This document shows, piece after piece, positions 13,101-44,346 of a stretch of 64,000 nt of DNA. Where the stretch lies: positions 1,736,001-1,800,000 of the forward strand of contig OZ218959.1 of assembly GCA_965112735.1 (NCBI GenBank), written 5' to 3'. Below the pieces are notes generated by a model. That model saw only the letters and a program-made list of their open reading frames with translations. It ran no database searches and was not told the DNA's origin. The number at the start of each line of letters is the position of its first letter. Position 1 is the first letter of the stretch. A program made the translations under genes and the position numbers. This stretch comes from Phaeosaccion multiseriatum. Lineage: Eukaryota; Protista; Ochrophyta, other classes.

Positions 13101-16100
13101 AGGGGTCAGTTGGCAGTGGTGGACAGCAGCAGTCGGATCCTTGTGCACAAGCTCAGTACCAAGGAGGTTACCTTCCAAGAGGCTGGGGCTACGGCAGTGG
13201 CGTTCAATCAAGAGGTATGGTGTATGTGTATGTCTATGTGTGTGTGGGGGGGTGGGGGGTGGTGTGTGTGTGTGGGTGTGTGTGTGTTTGACGGCGCGCG
13301 AAGTTGTTGGTTACAGCGGATGCTGAAACGATCAAGTCCTGAAGCTGAAACTGGAACTCTGCTCTGCCCACAGGTGGAGGACATGATGTGCTATAGCAGC
13401 AGAGGGGGAGGGCTCCACTTCAAGACGGGGGACAGCCCGCTTGAGATGCATCAGGTCCGTCAGTCAGTAAAACACACACTGCAATTCAAACTGAAGCATC
13501 AAACACTGTCACTGCAGAGTCAGCCAATCAAGGGTCAAACGGTAGACGTTTGCATAGGGCTCTCTCGCTCGGCCTCTCTCTCTCTCTCTCTTTCACTTTG
13601 GCTCCCTCCTCCTCCCCCCTCCCCTCCCCTCCACTCCCCTCCCTCCCCGTCTCCCACAACCCCCCTGCCACCTCTATCCCCCCCGCCCCCCGTCCACGCA
13701 CATGCACACACACACACACACACACTCACACACTCACACGCACACGCACACACGCACACTCACACGCACACGCACACGCACACGCACACACACACATACA
13801 CAAAGTGCCTCAAGACCAAGGGGGATGTGCTGACTCTGAGCTTCAAAGGCTCAAAGGTGTTCGCCCGCCATGATAAGTCTTCAGAGCTCTTCTTCCAAGA
13901 TGTACCTCAAGCCGCCTCCATGTACAGACACGTGGAGAACGGTGACTATGAAGCCGCCTACAAGGCAAGTGGTGCAGTGATGCAGAGTATATGTATGTAT
14001 GTATGTATGTATGTATATACAGGCTTACGTAAGTAGAGCAGAATAATGCAGATTGGGGTGTCAATCGAGTGAATTGGAGCGGATCCTTCCCGCCAGCCAC
14101 TGTCACCCCTAACACCATAACCCTTGTCGTACCGCCTCCCTCCCTCCCTCCCTCCCTCACTCCCTCCCTCCCTCCCTCCCTCCCTCCCTCCCTCCCTTCC
14201 TTCCTCCCTCCCTCCCTCCCTCCCTCTCTCCCTATAACCTCTCAGATTGCCTGCCTGGGGGTGCCTAACTCCGACTGGCGTGTGCTTGGCATGTGTGCTC
14301 TTCGGGCTCTGGAGCTCGGTGTGGCTCGGAAAGCCTTCACTCGCATCAAGGATATGGGCTTGTTAGAGCTCCTCAAGAGCATTGAGCTCAAGCGAGAGCA
14401 GACGCATGCGCTCCGGAAGGTGGGTGTGTTTGGGTGTGTTTGCATGTGACCGTGCGTGTGTGTGTATGTACGTGTGTGCGTGTGTACCGTGCGTGTGCGT
14501 GTATGTGTATGCATGAGCTTACCTTTACGTATGCATGAGCTTACCGTTACGTATGCATGAGCTTACCCTTACACTCCTTCACTCTCCTCTCCTCCACTGA
14601 TGTATGGGACTCTCCACTGACTTACTCAACTCTCCACTGACTTACTGGACTCTCCACTGACTTACTCTACTGGCCTGGCCTGCAGGGCCCCACTGGGGCG
14701 GGTGTAGCGGAGATGGAGCAAGAGGCCCTGGCGGAGGTCTTGGCCCACCAGGGCATGTATCAGGACGCGGCCAAGGTGAGTTTCAGTATCAGTTTATTAG
14801 ATCTGTCCAGTACCTCTCCAAAATTACGTAGTACCCTAACTACTCTGCACTGCTTTGCTCTGCTCTCCCCCACCAACCCCCCCTCAACCCACCCTTCCAC
14901 ACACACGCACACACGCACACACGCACACACGCACACACGCGTACACCCCCAACCAACCAACCCATCCACGCCCCCACCCACCCACCCACCCACACGCACA
15001 CACGCACACACACTCATCCCCAACCAACCCCCCACCGCGTTCCCCCCCTCCAACCAACCCACCCCTCCCTCACCCCTTCAACTCATCCACCAACCCACCC
15101 ACCAACCCATCAACCAACCAACCAACCAACCAACCAACCAAACAACAAACCCATCAACCCACTAATCCAACCAACCCACCCACCAACCCACCCACCAACC
15201 CACCCACCCACCAACCCACCCACCAACCCACCAACCCACCCACCCACCCCCCTCCAAAGGTGTGGGCACGTAACGGCATGGTGGGCAAGGCCATTGACAT
15301 GTTCTCCGACTTGCGGCAATGGGAAGAGGCCAAAGTTTTCGCGGCCAGCAGTGCCTCCTCCGTCAATGTCCGGGACCTTGTTCGGCGCCAGGCAGAGTGG
15401 ATGGAGGAGATTGGAGACTTTAACAATGGTGGGTGGTTGGATGAGGGTGTGTGGAGTTAAGGATGGGTGGGCGGGTTTGGACGTGTGTGTTGTGTGTGTG
15501 TGTGTGTGTGTGGGGGGGGGGGGGGGGACGCTCAATACTACTACTCACTGTATCACCATCTTCCCTCTTCCTCCTCTGGCTGGCTCGACTCCCTTCCTAC
15601 CTACCTACCCACCTACCTACCTACCTCCCTACCTCCCTACCTACCTCCTTTTCTACGTATGTACATATCCAACTACTCGCTGTGGTGTATGTGTGTGTTT
15701 GTACCTATGTGTATCTATAGCCGCTGAAATGTACGCTATCTCTGGAGAGCCCCTCAAGGCAGCAAACATCCTCAGAGACAACAAGGGGCAGGGCTGGCAA
15801 GAGCGCCTGTTGGACATTGTTAGAGGCGTCGCCAAGTCGGAGGACCAAGTGCTGCAGTTGGCAGGCACGGCCTTCAGCGAGGAGGATGAGGCAGAGATGG
15901 CCAAGGAGGTGGGTGGGTGAGAGGGAGGGAGGGAGGGAGGGAGGGAGGGAGAGAGGGAGGGAGGGAGGGAGGGAGGGAGGGAGGGAGGGAGGGAGGGAGG
16001 GAGGGAGGGGAAGGGATGGGGAGACGGTTGGGAAGACGGAGCTTCTTTCTTCTGCTCCCCTCTCTTCCCTACCCTTCACTCTGGTGACACTTACCCCCCT

Positions 16101-17423
16101 TCTCCCCCCCCGTCCCTCCTCCCTCCTCCCTCCTCCCTCCTCCCTCCTCCCCCCGGAATCCCACGCCTGACCCTACACTCTTCTCTTTCACTGACTTAGG
16201 TGTACCTGAAGCTGGGAGACTTATCTAACCTTATGGCCCTCTACATACGTAAGAAGATGTGGGCCGAAGCCGTCAAGCTCAGCGAGGAACACCAGGTAAG
16301 TACTCAGCTTAACAATGGCTCGGTGGATGCATGGTTGGGTGGGGGAGGGGCGGGGGCCCATTCAATGACTGCTGGGGACATTTTGGGGCAACGCGACGCG
16401 ACGCAAGCCTAACAGATGCACTTACTCCCTCCCTCCCTCTCTCCCTCCCTCCATCCCTCTCTCTCCCTCTCTCCCTCCCTCCCTCCCTCCCTCCCCTCCC
16501 TCCCTCCCTCCCTCCCTCCCTCCCTCCCTCCCTCCCTCCCTCCCCTCCCTCCCTCCCTCCCTCCCTCCCTCCCTCCCTCCCTCCCTCCCTCCCTCCCTCC
16601 CTCCCTCCCTCCCTCCCTCCCTCCCTCCCTCCCTCCCTCCCTCCCTCTCTCCCTCTCTCCCTCCCTCCCTCCCTCCCTCCCTCCCTCCCTCCCTCTCTCC
16701 CTTCCTCCCTCCCTCTCCCTCTCTCTCCCTCTCTCCCTCCCTCCCCCCCTCCCTCCCTCTCTCCCTCCATCCCTCCCTTTCCCTCTCTCTCCCTCTCTCC
16801 CTCCATCCCTCTCTTCCTCCCTCTCTCCCTCTCTCCCTCCCTCCCTCCCTCCCTCCCTCCCTCCCTGCCTCCCTCCCTCCCTCCCTCCCTCCCCCCCTCT
16901 CTCCCTCTCTCTCTCTCTCTCCCTCCTTCCCTCCCTCTGCAGGGCAAGTACGACATGGGCGTGTTCTTGCCCTATGCAGAGTGGCTGTCCGAGCAAGACC
17001 GCTTCGACGAGGCGCTTGATGCCTATCGCAAGGCGGGGCGTACCGACCTCTCTCTCAAGACGATGATGCAGCTCATTTACAACGCCGTCGTCAAGGTGTG
17101 TATGTATCACCAACATGTGCGTGTGTGTGGTGTGGTGTGTGCGTCTGTGTGTGTGGATGTGTGTGTATGTGCTCTCTCTTGTTTCTCTCTCTCTCTCTCT
17201 CTCCTTCTCTTCCTGCCCCTTCGACGGGAAGCAACCTCACACGCCCGACGAAACTACCCTTGCCTCAACTAACGGTCACGTGGCCTGCTTCCACTGTCTG
17301 CTTCGCCCGTGTCGTCTCCTCTTCTCTTCTGTCGACCCTCCTCTTTGACCTCATCTCTGTCGATCCTCCTCTTTGACCTCATCTCATCTCTGTCTCTTCT
17401 CTCCGTGCTCCTCCCCTCCCCGT

Positions 17424-17481
<58 letters not shown>

Positions 17482-17913
17482 TCCCTCTCTCTCTCTCCCC
17501 CTCCCTCTCTACCCTCCTCTTCTGGTCTTTCTCTCCTGCCTCCCTCCGCCCACAATCCACCCTTCAGGCTCAGTACAAGGACGCGGCCTACTACTACTGG
17601 CTTAGCGCCAACGAAGTACTCAGGGGCAGTTCCCTACCAGGACAAGAGGAGAACAGAGCATCAGCAGCAGCTGTTGGTGATACAGCGGCAGGAGCAGGAG
17701 GTGGAGGAGGTGGAGGAGGTGGAGGAGGAGGAGGAGAAGGAAAGGACGGGGAGGGCAAAGATGCGGGGGCGAACGGGCGCAGCAGCGGAGAGGTGGAGCG
17801 GCAGCGAATGTACGATGAGTACATGCTAAAGGCAGACTTGTACTTTGCTTTCAGCCACGTGAGGGCCTTCACCACAGACCCCTTCACCTCCATGCAACCG
17901 GATATGCTCTTCC

Positions 17914-17953
<40 letters not shown>

Positions 17954-18093
17954 GTGTATGTGTGTGTGCGTGTGTGTATGTATGTGTGTGTATGTATGTG
18001 TGTGTGGATGTGGGTGGGTACATATGTATGTGTGTGTGTGTGGGTGTGGGTGTATGTATGTGTGTGTGGGTGTGGGTATGTGTGTGCGTGTAT

Positions 18094-18124
<31 letters not shown>

Positions 18125-21100
18125 CGTGTGGCAGTGAATCGCAGTGGATCGTAGGGGATGGCAGTAGATGACAGTGGAGGACACCGCACGGCGTATCATG
18201 ACTGTCACGGCAATGCTCGAAAGAAACTCTTGCTAGGCCTCTGTCCTCCCTCATTCTTTCTTGTGACCCTCCCCTCCCCTCCCCTCCCCTCCCCTCCCCT
18301 CCCCTCCCCTCCCCTCCCCTCCCCCACCCGTTCTCCCTCCCTCCCCCCACCATCCCCCTTCCCCTCTCCTCTCCCTCTCCCCCCCCCTCCTTCTCTCTCT
18401 CTGCGTATAGGTGAGCCGATACCTCATCAATGCCCTCGGCAGCCTCGAGGCCCCCTACGGCATCAGCAGGGCCCACACCCTCTACACGCTGGCCAAGCAG
18501 GCCATGACTCTCGATGCCTTCAAAGCCGCGCGATTTGCCTTCGATCGACTAGAGCAGCAGCGGGTGCCTCCTACCTGGAACGATCAGATGGACCTTGACA
18601 TGTTGACTCTCCAAGCCAAGCCTGTGAGGGACAGCCCCGAGCTGTTGCCAGTCTGCTACCGCTGCGGCTCCACGAATCCGCTTCTCAACCCCTTTAACAA
18701 TCACTTCGCCAGAGGAGACGTGTGCACGAATTGCGGCCATCCCTTCGTCCGCAGGTGGGTCACAGGGTCACAGATACCGTGCATTCGATGTAGGGTATCG
18801 CAACAACAGTGCTTGTTTTCGTTTGTCTTTCTGTCTGTCTGTCTGTGTGTGTGTGTGAGCGCGCATGTGGGTGTGGGTGTGGGTGGGCATGTGTGTGGAT
18901 GTGTGTGTGTGAGCTCATGTGGGTGTGTGTGTGTTTGAGTGTGTGTGAGAGACATCGCTTGTAGATGTACATGCGTGTAGGGGCAAGCGTGCGTGTGTGT
19001 GCGTCTGCACGTGCGTGTGTGTGTGTGTGAGAGAGAGTGGGTTTTGTAGGTCTGCACGTGCATGTGTGTGTGTGTGTGAGAGAGAGAGAGAGTGGGGTTT
19101 GTAGGTGTGCATGTGCATGTGTGTGTGTGCATGTGCATGTGTATTCGTGCGGCCGCGCGAGCATGCCTGTCTGCCTTTGCTGACCATCGTCTGAAAGGCT
19201 CATCCTACTCCGCTCCCAACACCATACAACCAACCCATCCCTCCCGCCCTTACCCAAACTACCCAACGCTATCCTTACCCTATATACAACCCCTTTCTCC
19301 CCTCCTTTGTCCCCAAACTACCCAACGCTATCCTTACCCTATATACAACTCCTTTCTCCCCTCCTTTGTCCCCAAACTACCCAACGCTATCCTTACCCTA
19401 TATACAACCCCTTTCTCCCCTCCTTTGTCCCCAAACTACCCAACGCTATCCTTACCCTATATACAACCCCTTTCTCTCCTCCTTTGTCCCATGCCCGCTC
19501 TAACACCCCCCCCCTTTCCCCCTTATTCTCCCCTGCTTGCAGCTTCCTTAACTTTGAGGTTCTTCCGCTCGTGGAGTTTCGCCCTGACCCCTCACTGACT
19601 GACGCAGAGGCAGTGGCCATGATTCGGACACCGCCATCGGAGCGAGGGCGAAGGGGGCGAAAGAAGTGGGGAGGGGCAGGAGCAGGGGCGGGTGGAGGGG
19701 GAGGAGGAGGGGCAGGGGAAGAGGGCAAGTGGAACGAGAGCAAGACAATGGACGGAGCGAACGTGATGACGATGGACGATGCTGACGATGGCATGATGGG
19801 CGAGGGGGGTGAGTAGTGGGGGAGCGAGGGGGGGTTAAGGCTGGGCAGTTGTACTAGCTCTGGCTGTGAGCTCTTCTCAACCTCGCCTTGGAGCTGCTTC
19901 TCACATGCGCGTGAATTTGCCGCCCTTGAGCCCTTGAGGGTGAGCAAGCACATACACTGACCTCTCTCCCTCCCTCCCTCCCTCCCTCCCTCTCTCCCTC
20001 TCTCCCTCCCTCACCACCCCCCTCTCTCCCTCCCTCACCACCTCCCTCTCTCCCTCCCTCACCACCTCCCTCTCCCCCTCCCTCTCTCCCTCTCTCCCTC
20101 CCTCCCTCACCACCTCCCTCTCTCCCTCCCTCCCTCTCTCCCTCCCTCCCTCCCTCCCTCCCTCTCTCCCTCCCTCCCTCCCTCCCTCCTTCCCTCCCTC
20201 CCCCCCTCCCTGCCTCCCTCCCTCCCTCTCTCCCTCCTTCCCTCCCTCCCTCTCTCCCTCCCTCTCTCCCTCTCTCCCTCCCTCCCTCCCTCTCTCCCTC
20301 CCTCTCTCCCTCCCTCACCACCCCCCTCTCTCCCTCCCTCAACACCTCCCTCTCTCCCTCCCTCACCACCTCCCTCTCTCCCTCCCTCTCTCCCTCTCTC
20401 CCTCCCTCCCTCACCACCTCCCTCCCTCCCTCCCTCCCTCCCTCCCTCCCTCCCTCCTTCCCTCCCTCCCCCCCTCCCTGCCTCCCTCCCTCCCTCTCTC
20501 CCTCCTTCCCTCCCTCCCTCTCTCCCTCCCTCTCTCCCTCTCTCCCTCTCTCCCTCCCTCTCTCCCTCTCTCCCTCCCTCACCACCCCCCTCTCTCCCTC
20601 CCTCTCTCCCTCCCTCACCACCCCCCTCTCTCTCTCCCTCTCTCCCTCTCTCCCTCCCTCTCTCCCTCCCTCTCTCCCTCCCTCTCCCTCCCTCTCTCCC
20701 TCCCTCCCTCCCTCCCTCCCTCCCTCCCTCTCCGTCTCGAGCAGAAGACTACTTCGGCGCTGCCATCAACGATGCGCTGGACCAGCAGGAGGGACATACA
20801 CGTTACCACATGGTCATCGCTGACCCCCCCACCCTGCTCAGCCTGAGGAGGGAGAGTGTGTTCTACATTCCGCCCGGGGGGGGAGGGGGAGACTCGGAGG
20901 AGAGTACACAGCAAGAGAGCGCACCCAAGGGGGCCTTACCCAAGGGGGCTTTACCCAAGGGGGGTTTGCCCGGAGGGCGCATGAGGGGGCGCTTTTACGT
21001 GAATATGATGCCCGAGATCGCAGGTAAAGAGGAAGGATGGCAGTCTAAAGGCGGAAGGATGACAGTCTATAAAGACAGAGCTCTCTCTCTTCACGCGTCT

Positions 21101-21645
21101 TGTAGGAGGGTCTCTTTGTGAGTTTGCGCTTTTACCCACACCCACTTGGAAGAATATTCGATTCACACATCTCTTGATTGACAACGAACGACTTGTATCT
21201 TATGCATTGGTGGGGTCCAATCAACTGAGACTCAAATGGAAACATTCTACTTCAGAGCTTCAGTAAGTGTGTATTGAAGTGACCTCCTCTCATCACTGCA
21301 GTATGCCCCCACCCTCTGTCTCTCTCCCTCCCTCCCTCCCTATCCCCCCCCCCACTTCCTCTCTCCCTCCCTCCCTCCCTCCCTCCCTCCCTCCCTCCCT
21401 CCCTCCCTCCCTCCCTCCCTCCCTCCCTCCCCTCCCTCCGTCCCTCCCTCCCTCCCTCCCTCCCTCCCTCCCACCCTCCCTCCCTCCCTCCCTCCCCCCC
21501 TCTCCCTCTTGCGCTGACTGCAGTGGCGGTGTCTCAGCCGTGCGGACGCTTCTTCCACGAGGAGGACTTCGAATTCGCATACCTCAAGGAAGGGCGCTGC
21601 CCCTACAGCAGAGTCAAGGACGTAGGAGACTACGGCACGTGCTGA
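9118..21645 (+). CDS. IFT122: Intraflagellar transport protein 122 (IFT-A core), >20 exons
   Basis: N-terminal WD40 ([53 protein letters not shown]). Other motifs: [106 protein letters not shown] and the C-terminal FFHEEDFE...CPY. Stop TGA at 21643-21645. Confidence 0.96.
19253..19490. repeat. 59-bp minisatellite, ~4 copies, in an IFT122 intron
   Basis: Unit cccaaactacccaacgctatccttaccctatatacaacccctttctcccctcctttgtc starts at ~19253, 19312, 19371 and 19430. Confidence 0.9.
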
Positions 21646-22330
21646 TTGATGACCTGGATGGATGTGGACATGTTGGTGATATTTCCCATAGCGCTTGCCA
21701 ACCTGTGAGTCCACGCCACGGTGCTGATTGAAGGGCTTGCATGTGGGCGGCCTCTCTCTCTTTCTTTGTCGAAGAGAGAGACAGAGAGGGAGAGAGAGAG
21801 AGAGAGAGAGAGATGGTTGTCGCTGGGGGGCCGGTGCTTTGAAGCTGGCAGCCTGTTGGCACCACCCTCACGCAATCTTCTCCCAAAACCCGCCGCAGCG
21901 CACTACTCGTACAAAGTTCTGATATGGTGCGTAAGCTACTTAATCACTTCTCTTCTGTACAAAACTCAAAATCAAATTATTACTACGAAGTACTTACTTA
22001 CATGCCTCTCTGTGAGGGACACAACCTCACCGTACCGTACAGTACCGAACCACCGATCTCGCCAGGCCAGGGCCAGGGTTGGTTTGTTGTGGTCGTTCTA
22101 TTGTCTATTGTCCCTTTCGACTGCCACACAAGGCACACACACACTCACACACACGGCCTCTCTTTGCCCTTAGACTGTGTGGCTGTGTGGTGCTCTCCTG
22201 CTGCTGTGCTTCATCATTGCCATTCTCCCATCCTCGCATCGCGCTGTCAATCTCCCTCCTCCCCCTCTCAGCTGCATCATCATCATCATCATCATCATCA
22301 CCACCATCACCATCATCGCATCAGCCACCG

Positions 22331-23656
22331 TCAGCTCCGTCCCCTCTTCTTTTCCAGGCACGTCACGGGCAGCGCTTTGAACAAATGCCTGAGCCAATGC
22401 ACCTGCCCGTCCCACCCGCAATTGTCATGAAACATGCCCACCTGACTCGGTTCGTACTTGGCCTCACGGAACCCTTGACAGCGCTCGGCGTTCCAAAAGG
22501 CCGGCACCTCTCCAATGAAGTCTGCATAAACGTGCCGAAGGGCGTAGATTACCATCTGGTCGCCTTGCGAGTCCACTGGGGCAGTGGCGTGAAGGGCCAA
22601 GTCCACGGCTCGGTTGTAGTCCACCATCTCATCGTCCTTGGCTGCAGCAATGTCGAGGCCTGCCATGTGCATGTTTCGTATCCGTTGCATGTGTACAATC
22701 ATGACGCAAGAGCAAATCTTGGGCAAGCCAATCATCTTGTAGAGATTGCGCTCGCTGCCTGTGTTCCGGACGTCCCATAGAGCTGCTGGGTCGGTGCTAA
22801 ACACCATATCTGTGTCTACAAAGATTGCATCGGAGACTGTGGGAAAGGCACGATGCAAGAAAATCTTGGCAGCGCCGAACTCCATGGAGCGGTGGTCGAC
22901 TCTTGGCCCGAAACAGTTGGCGTCCTTCCGCCACTCTTGGACCTGAGTGGCGTTGGTCGTGGACACGCTGTATGTAAATGGCACCCGAGGGCTCTGCAAC
23001 TGCTGTTGCTGGAAGAAGTCGGTGAATCGCGTGCGCGAGGCCTCGTCAGTGAGGATATTGATTTCGCAGCGCCGGGAAGAGAAAGCGAGTATGCTCTTGA
23101 TGAGTGCGAAGCTCTCTGCCACCACATCCTCGGGCCCGGCTACTCTATTCCTTCCCGCAACGAGAGCGAAGACGATGGGCTCCTCTTCTCCATCGTACTG
23201 AGGACCTTCGGCCTCGAGCATGGAGCACAGATCGTTTGCGTGGGTGGAGAAGTACTCCTCCCGTTGAGCCCAATCCCCCGCCCCCTCCGCCTCATTTACA
23301 TCAATCGCCTCCATGGCCCGACCCACATCCTGCAGACTTAGCCCTCGCTTCGAACCAGTGCGTTCATTCCCTCCCTCTTGCGGTCGCGTCGGCTCCCCCT
23401 GGCGCTGCTCCTGGGGCTGCTCCTGGGGCTGCTCCTGGGGCTGCTGCTCCGGCTGCTGGATCTGCCCGATGTTCGTGGGCAGCGTGTTTGGCGGGGAGGT
23501 CGTCTGCTTTTGGCCGTCGTGGTGGTGCGGGCCGTCGATGCTGCTGGCCGAGGGAAGGCGAGGACTAAGCTGGCCAATGTTGAAGAGGACAAAGAGGATT
23601 CCGACGCTTGCCAAAGAGCCAAGGAGAAGGTTTCCCGTACGATTGCTCAATCTCAT
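22331..23656 (-). CDS. Type II membrane glycosyltransferase, GT-A fold (GT8/LARGE xylosyltransferase-like), intronless
   Basis: Start MRLSNRT at 23656, then a single TM helix (LLLGSLASVGILFVLFNI), a Q/P-rich stem, LIKSIL..INILTD, a DxD motif (AIFVDTD), GDQ, WN..RC and a late His (MFHDNC). Confidence 0.8.
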   Translation of the reverse strand: MRLSNRTGNLLLGSLASVGILFVLFNIGQLSPRLPSASSIDGPHHHDGQKQTTSPPNTLPTNIGQIQQPEQQPQEQPQEQPQEQRQGEPTRPQEGGNERTGSKRGLSLQDVGRAMEAIDVNEAEGAGDWAQREEYFSTHANDLCSMLEAEGPQYDGEEEPIVFALVAGRNRVAGPEDVVAESFALIKSILAFSSRRCEINILTDEASRTRFTDFFQQQQLQSPRVPFTYSVSTTNATQVQEWRKDANCFGPRVDHRSMEFGAAKIFLHRAFPTVSDAIFVDTDMVFSTDPAALWDVRNTGSERNLYKMIGLPKICSCVMIVHMQRIRNMHMAGLDIAAAKDDEMVDYNRAVDLALHATAPVDSQGDQMVIYALRHVYADFIGEVPAFWNAERCQGFREAKYEPSQVGMFHDNCGWDGQVHWLRHLFKALPVTCLEKKRGRS

Positions 23657-23862
23657 GGAGCACCCCGAAACCCGACCCGAAACTGGCTTGGATCCTTTGT
23701 GATAAGCAAGTTGTAATCCAACTCTGGCGACGAACGCCCAAATCCTTGTTTTCCCTTCTCTCCTCAATAAAATCCCTTCTCTCCTCAATAAAGTCCCCCC
23801 TTCTCTCCTCATCCTCCTCCCCAGAGTGCACTGTATCTAAGAGAAAAGACCACTTCAAGAAA

Positions 23863-26869
<3,007 letters not shown>

Positions 26870-27143
26870 GAGGGTGGGGGCGGAGGAGGGGGCGGTGGGT
26901 GATTGATAATCAGTGGGGGGATGGGAGGGTGAGGGGAAAGAGGGAAGGAGGGAGGGAGAGAAGGGAAGGGAGGAAGAGAGGAAGGAAGGGAGGAAGGGAG
27001 GGAGAGAAGTTGTGTGCCTATGGAGATCAATCGATCCGAGGATAGATGGAGTGCTTTAATGTCTTCATTTTTTATTTGAATTTTAATTTAAAAAAAAAGC
27101 GACTATGAAGTAACCACCCTCTAATCAAAATCGATGACAAAAG

Positions 27144-41398
<14,255 letters not shown>

Positions 41399-41885
41399 CT
41401 TCCTCCAACACCCTTGGGGGACGAGCAGTAGACTTGTTGGGGCCCTAGCTGCCCTCTCGAACAGAGAAGGTCTTTATTTCGTAAGTATTTTTTATGAAGT
41501 CAACGATGTAACGCCAATTCTTCTCGTCCCCCCTCTGTTGCTTGCACCCAAGCGCCACCATTCCGCCGCTCTTCTCCCTCGTGTGGTTCCTCTCATTCTT
41601 GTTCGTGCCTAGTGCGACTCAGAGTCTTGCCTGGCTTCTTGATCAAAGCTGAAGGGGGGATACGCATAAGAAAACAAAAGAGGGGAAATTGGAGCAGGGC
41701 CGAAATGGTTGTGTGCGAAGGAGAGTAATGGGGCGACCGCGAGGAAGTCGAGGAAGCGCACGAGGAAGGGTTTAGGGAACTCCTGCGACTGGTGCGGCCC
41801 CAGGGGCGGGAGGCGGAGGGCAGGGGGAGCAACAGGATTGGTACACTGTTGTGGTACTTCAGTCATCTTGGAGCAGCCGCAGCAA

Positions 41886-42361
41886 ATGTCACAGACAGCG
41901 CCTTCCTACGCCGGGGGAGGCAGGGGAGGGAGGGGCGGCGGAGGTGAGATGCACCCTCAATATCATCCGCAGCTCAACCAAACAATTTCGGCCGACAGCT
42001 CTCAGTACGCGTGCTACAACCGCGGAAAGTTCCCTCCCCCCTACCGCACGAGAATATACAACGAGGAGGCTTTTGATGCCCTTCTCACACATTCGAGCCT
42101 GGACAAGTCGACCAAGAGTTTACCATCGACTTTGAATCCCCGGCCGGGCTCCAAGGCAGCCAAAGCTGCAGCGGCAAGGGCGTTGAAGGAAGCAGAGCAA
42201 ACGAAGAAGGACAGGAGATACCAACTATATAGAGAGGACATGGCTAGAAAACAGGTCAGTCAGTGAGCCAGGCATCCACAGAGTCAGGGGTACAGAGAAG
42301 GCTGGAATTCCATCATCAAGGTGGACTACATTTCACGGCCTCCCCCAATCCCTCCACCTCT

Positions 42362-42430
<69 letters not shown>

Positions 42431-43227
42431 CGCACACACGCACGCACACACACACACACACACGAACAGCAAGATACCAAGCGGCTACTCCAAGAGCGAC
42501 TGGCAGAGCGCCAGGAATCCCAAGAGGCACGCTTCCACGGACTGTGCTCTAGCTTGACGGCCGGCTCGGGCTTTGTCGAGCAACTGTCCAAGAACTTAGA
42601 CATGGGTGAGGCAGCAGAGAAGAACAAGAAGCTAAAACAGTATCAAGAGTGGAATGAGAATGTGTTTGGTGCCATCCAAGGGCGGATCACAGAGGGGATC
42701 AATAAGGAGGGCTACAGAGCCATCAATGCGCGTCGCTGTGGATACATGGACGAGTTCATAGATATTACCAACAAGAAGGCGGCCATCTTCAGGTGAGAAG
42801 GGAGGAAACAGCAACAGCAACACCACCTCACAAAAAGAAAACCAAACAAATCCTCGGGGACAGTAGGACTAGGAGAGGACGGCAGTAGATGGTTCAGGTC
42901 TAGACTTTCCACGCATATCGCCGTCTACCTCGCACACGCACGCAAGCACGCACGCACGCACGCACCCACTCTTTGCTCTCGCCCTGCCGGTCTGTTGATC
43001 CGCCGCCCCTCTCGCCTCCACGCCCCTCTTGCCTTCTCAAACTTACGTTACGTTCCATACGTGCAGGGACATCATCATCGAGAGCGATTACGATCCTCTG
43101 AAGCCTAATCGGTGAGAGCGAGACTGAGCTATGCGTCGCACTTCCCTCCTTTCCTCCTTTTCTCTCTATCCCTCCGTCCCTCCTTCTCTCTCTCTCTCTC
43201 CCTCCTTCTCTCTCTCTCTCTGTCCCT

Positions 43228-43258
<31 letters not shown>

Positions 43259-43522
43259 CCTTCCATCCTTTGAGAGCGAGGTGTCTTCCTTCCCCCTCCT
43301 GGGCTCTAACCCGTCCACTGCGATCGGCCGCCAACCCCCCCCCTCCATCTCTCCACCACCCGTCGACTCCCACAAAAGGCACTGCGTCAACGCCAGACCA
43401 GCGCCGGGTTCCTTACGTGACCCCACAAGCAGAGTGTTGGACAAATACAATGAAGAGACAAACATGCTCAGCGGTGAGGCGACAAGAAGGGATGAGGCAG
43501 TAGTGTGGATGGAGCGGTTGTG

Positions 43523-43558
<36 letters not shown>

Positions 43559-44346
43559 CTTCCTCCTGTCGACTCATCGTGCCCCCACCTCCTCCGCTTG
43601 TTCATCCATTCATTCACTCATTGACTTACTCACTCTTCTGCTGCGCTACTCTACCTCTTGACTGGCACTATCAGGCGGAGGGGGGACGAAAGAGACCAAG
43701 ATGAGGCACACTCTGGACACGAAGCAATGGGCCACGGGAGTCATTGAAAGCACACCACACGGATTCTTCTCCAAGGTTAGTGGCGCTGCTTTCTCGGTCT
43801 ACGAGTGAGAGAGGCGGAGGGGCCGGCGACAAGGGGCAGGCTCCGGAAGGGGGGGGGGGGCAGTGAGGGAGGATGGGGCCCACCTGCATCCACAATTACT
43901 CACGGTTGTGGTGTTGTTTTTGTCACGGTGTTGTGATGTTGTTGACACCAGAGAAGTTTGCACTTGCTCTGAGACGCGTTTTGGGTCACTCACTTTCTTT
44001 TCCTTTTTTTTTTTTTTTCTTTTCTTTTCTTTTCTTCGCTTTGCCTTTGCCTTGCTTGGCTCTGCCATGCCTTGCTTTGCTTTCCTCTGACACCCGCCAC
44101 TGATGGATGGAAAATGCTGCCGCTGCACCTCTCTGACAGATGATGGCCAAGAGCGACAAAAACGACAAGAACAAGAACAAGAACAAGAGCAACATGGCCG
44201 GAAAGCCCAGCTTGACCTACCAGAGCAGCGTGCACTTGGACGACTTTGACGCGCCTCAGGGAAGAGACGTGGTCACCAAGGAGTTCCCAAGAGGCAAGAA
44301 GACATTTGCGGCAGGAGATGACTACGAGCTCAGGAAGCTCGCGTGA
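41886..44346 (+). CDS. Conserved hypothetical coiled-coil protein, FAM228-like, 6 exons
   Basis: Exons ~41886-42254, 42471-42792, 43066-43111, 43379-43473, 43675-43775 and 44140-44346 splice in frame (KKLKQYQEWNENVFGAIQGRI..YMDEFIDITNKKAAIFR|DIIIESDYDPL..LRDP). The family assignment is from memory of motifs only. Confidence 0.65.
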
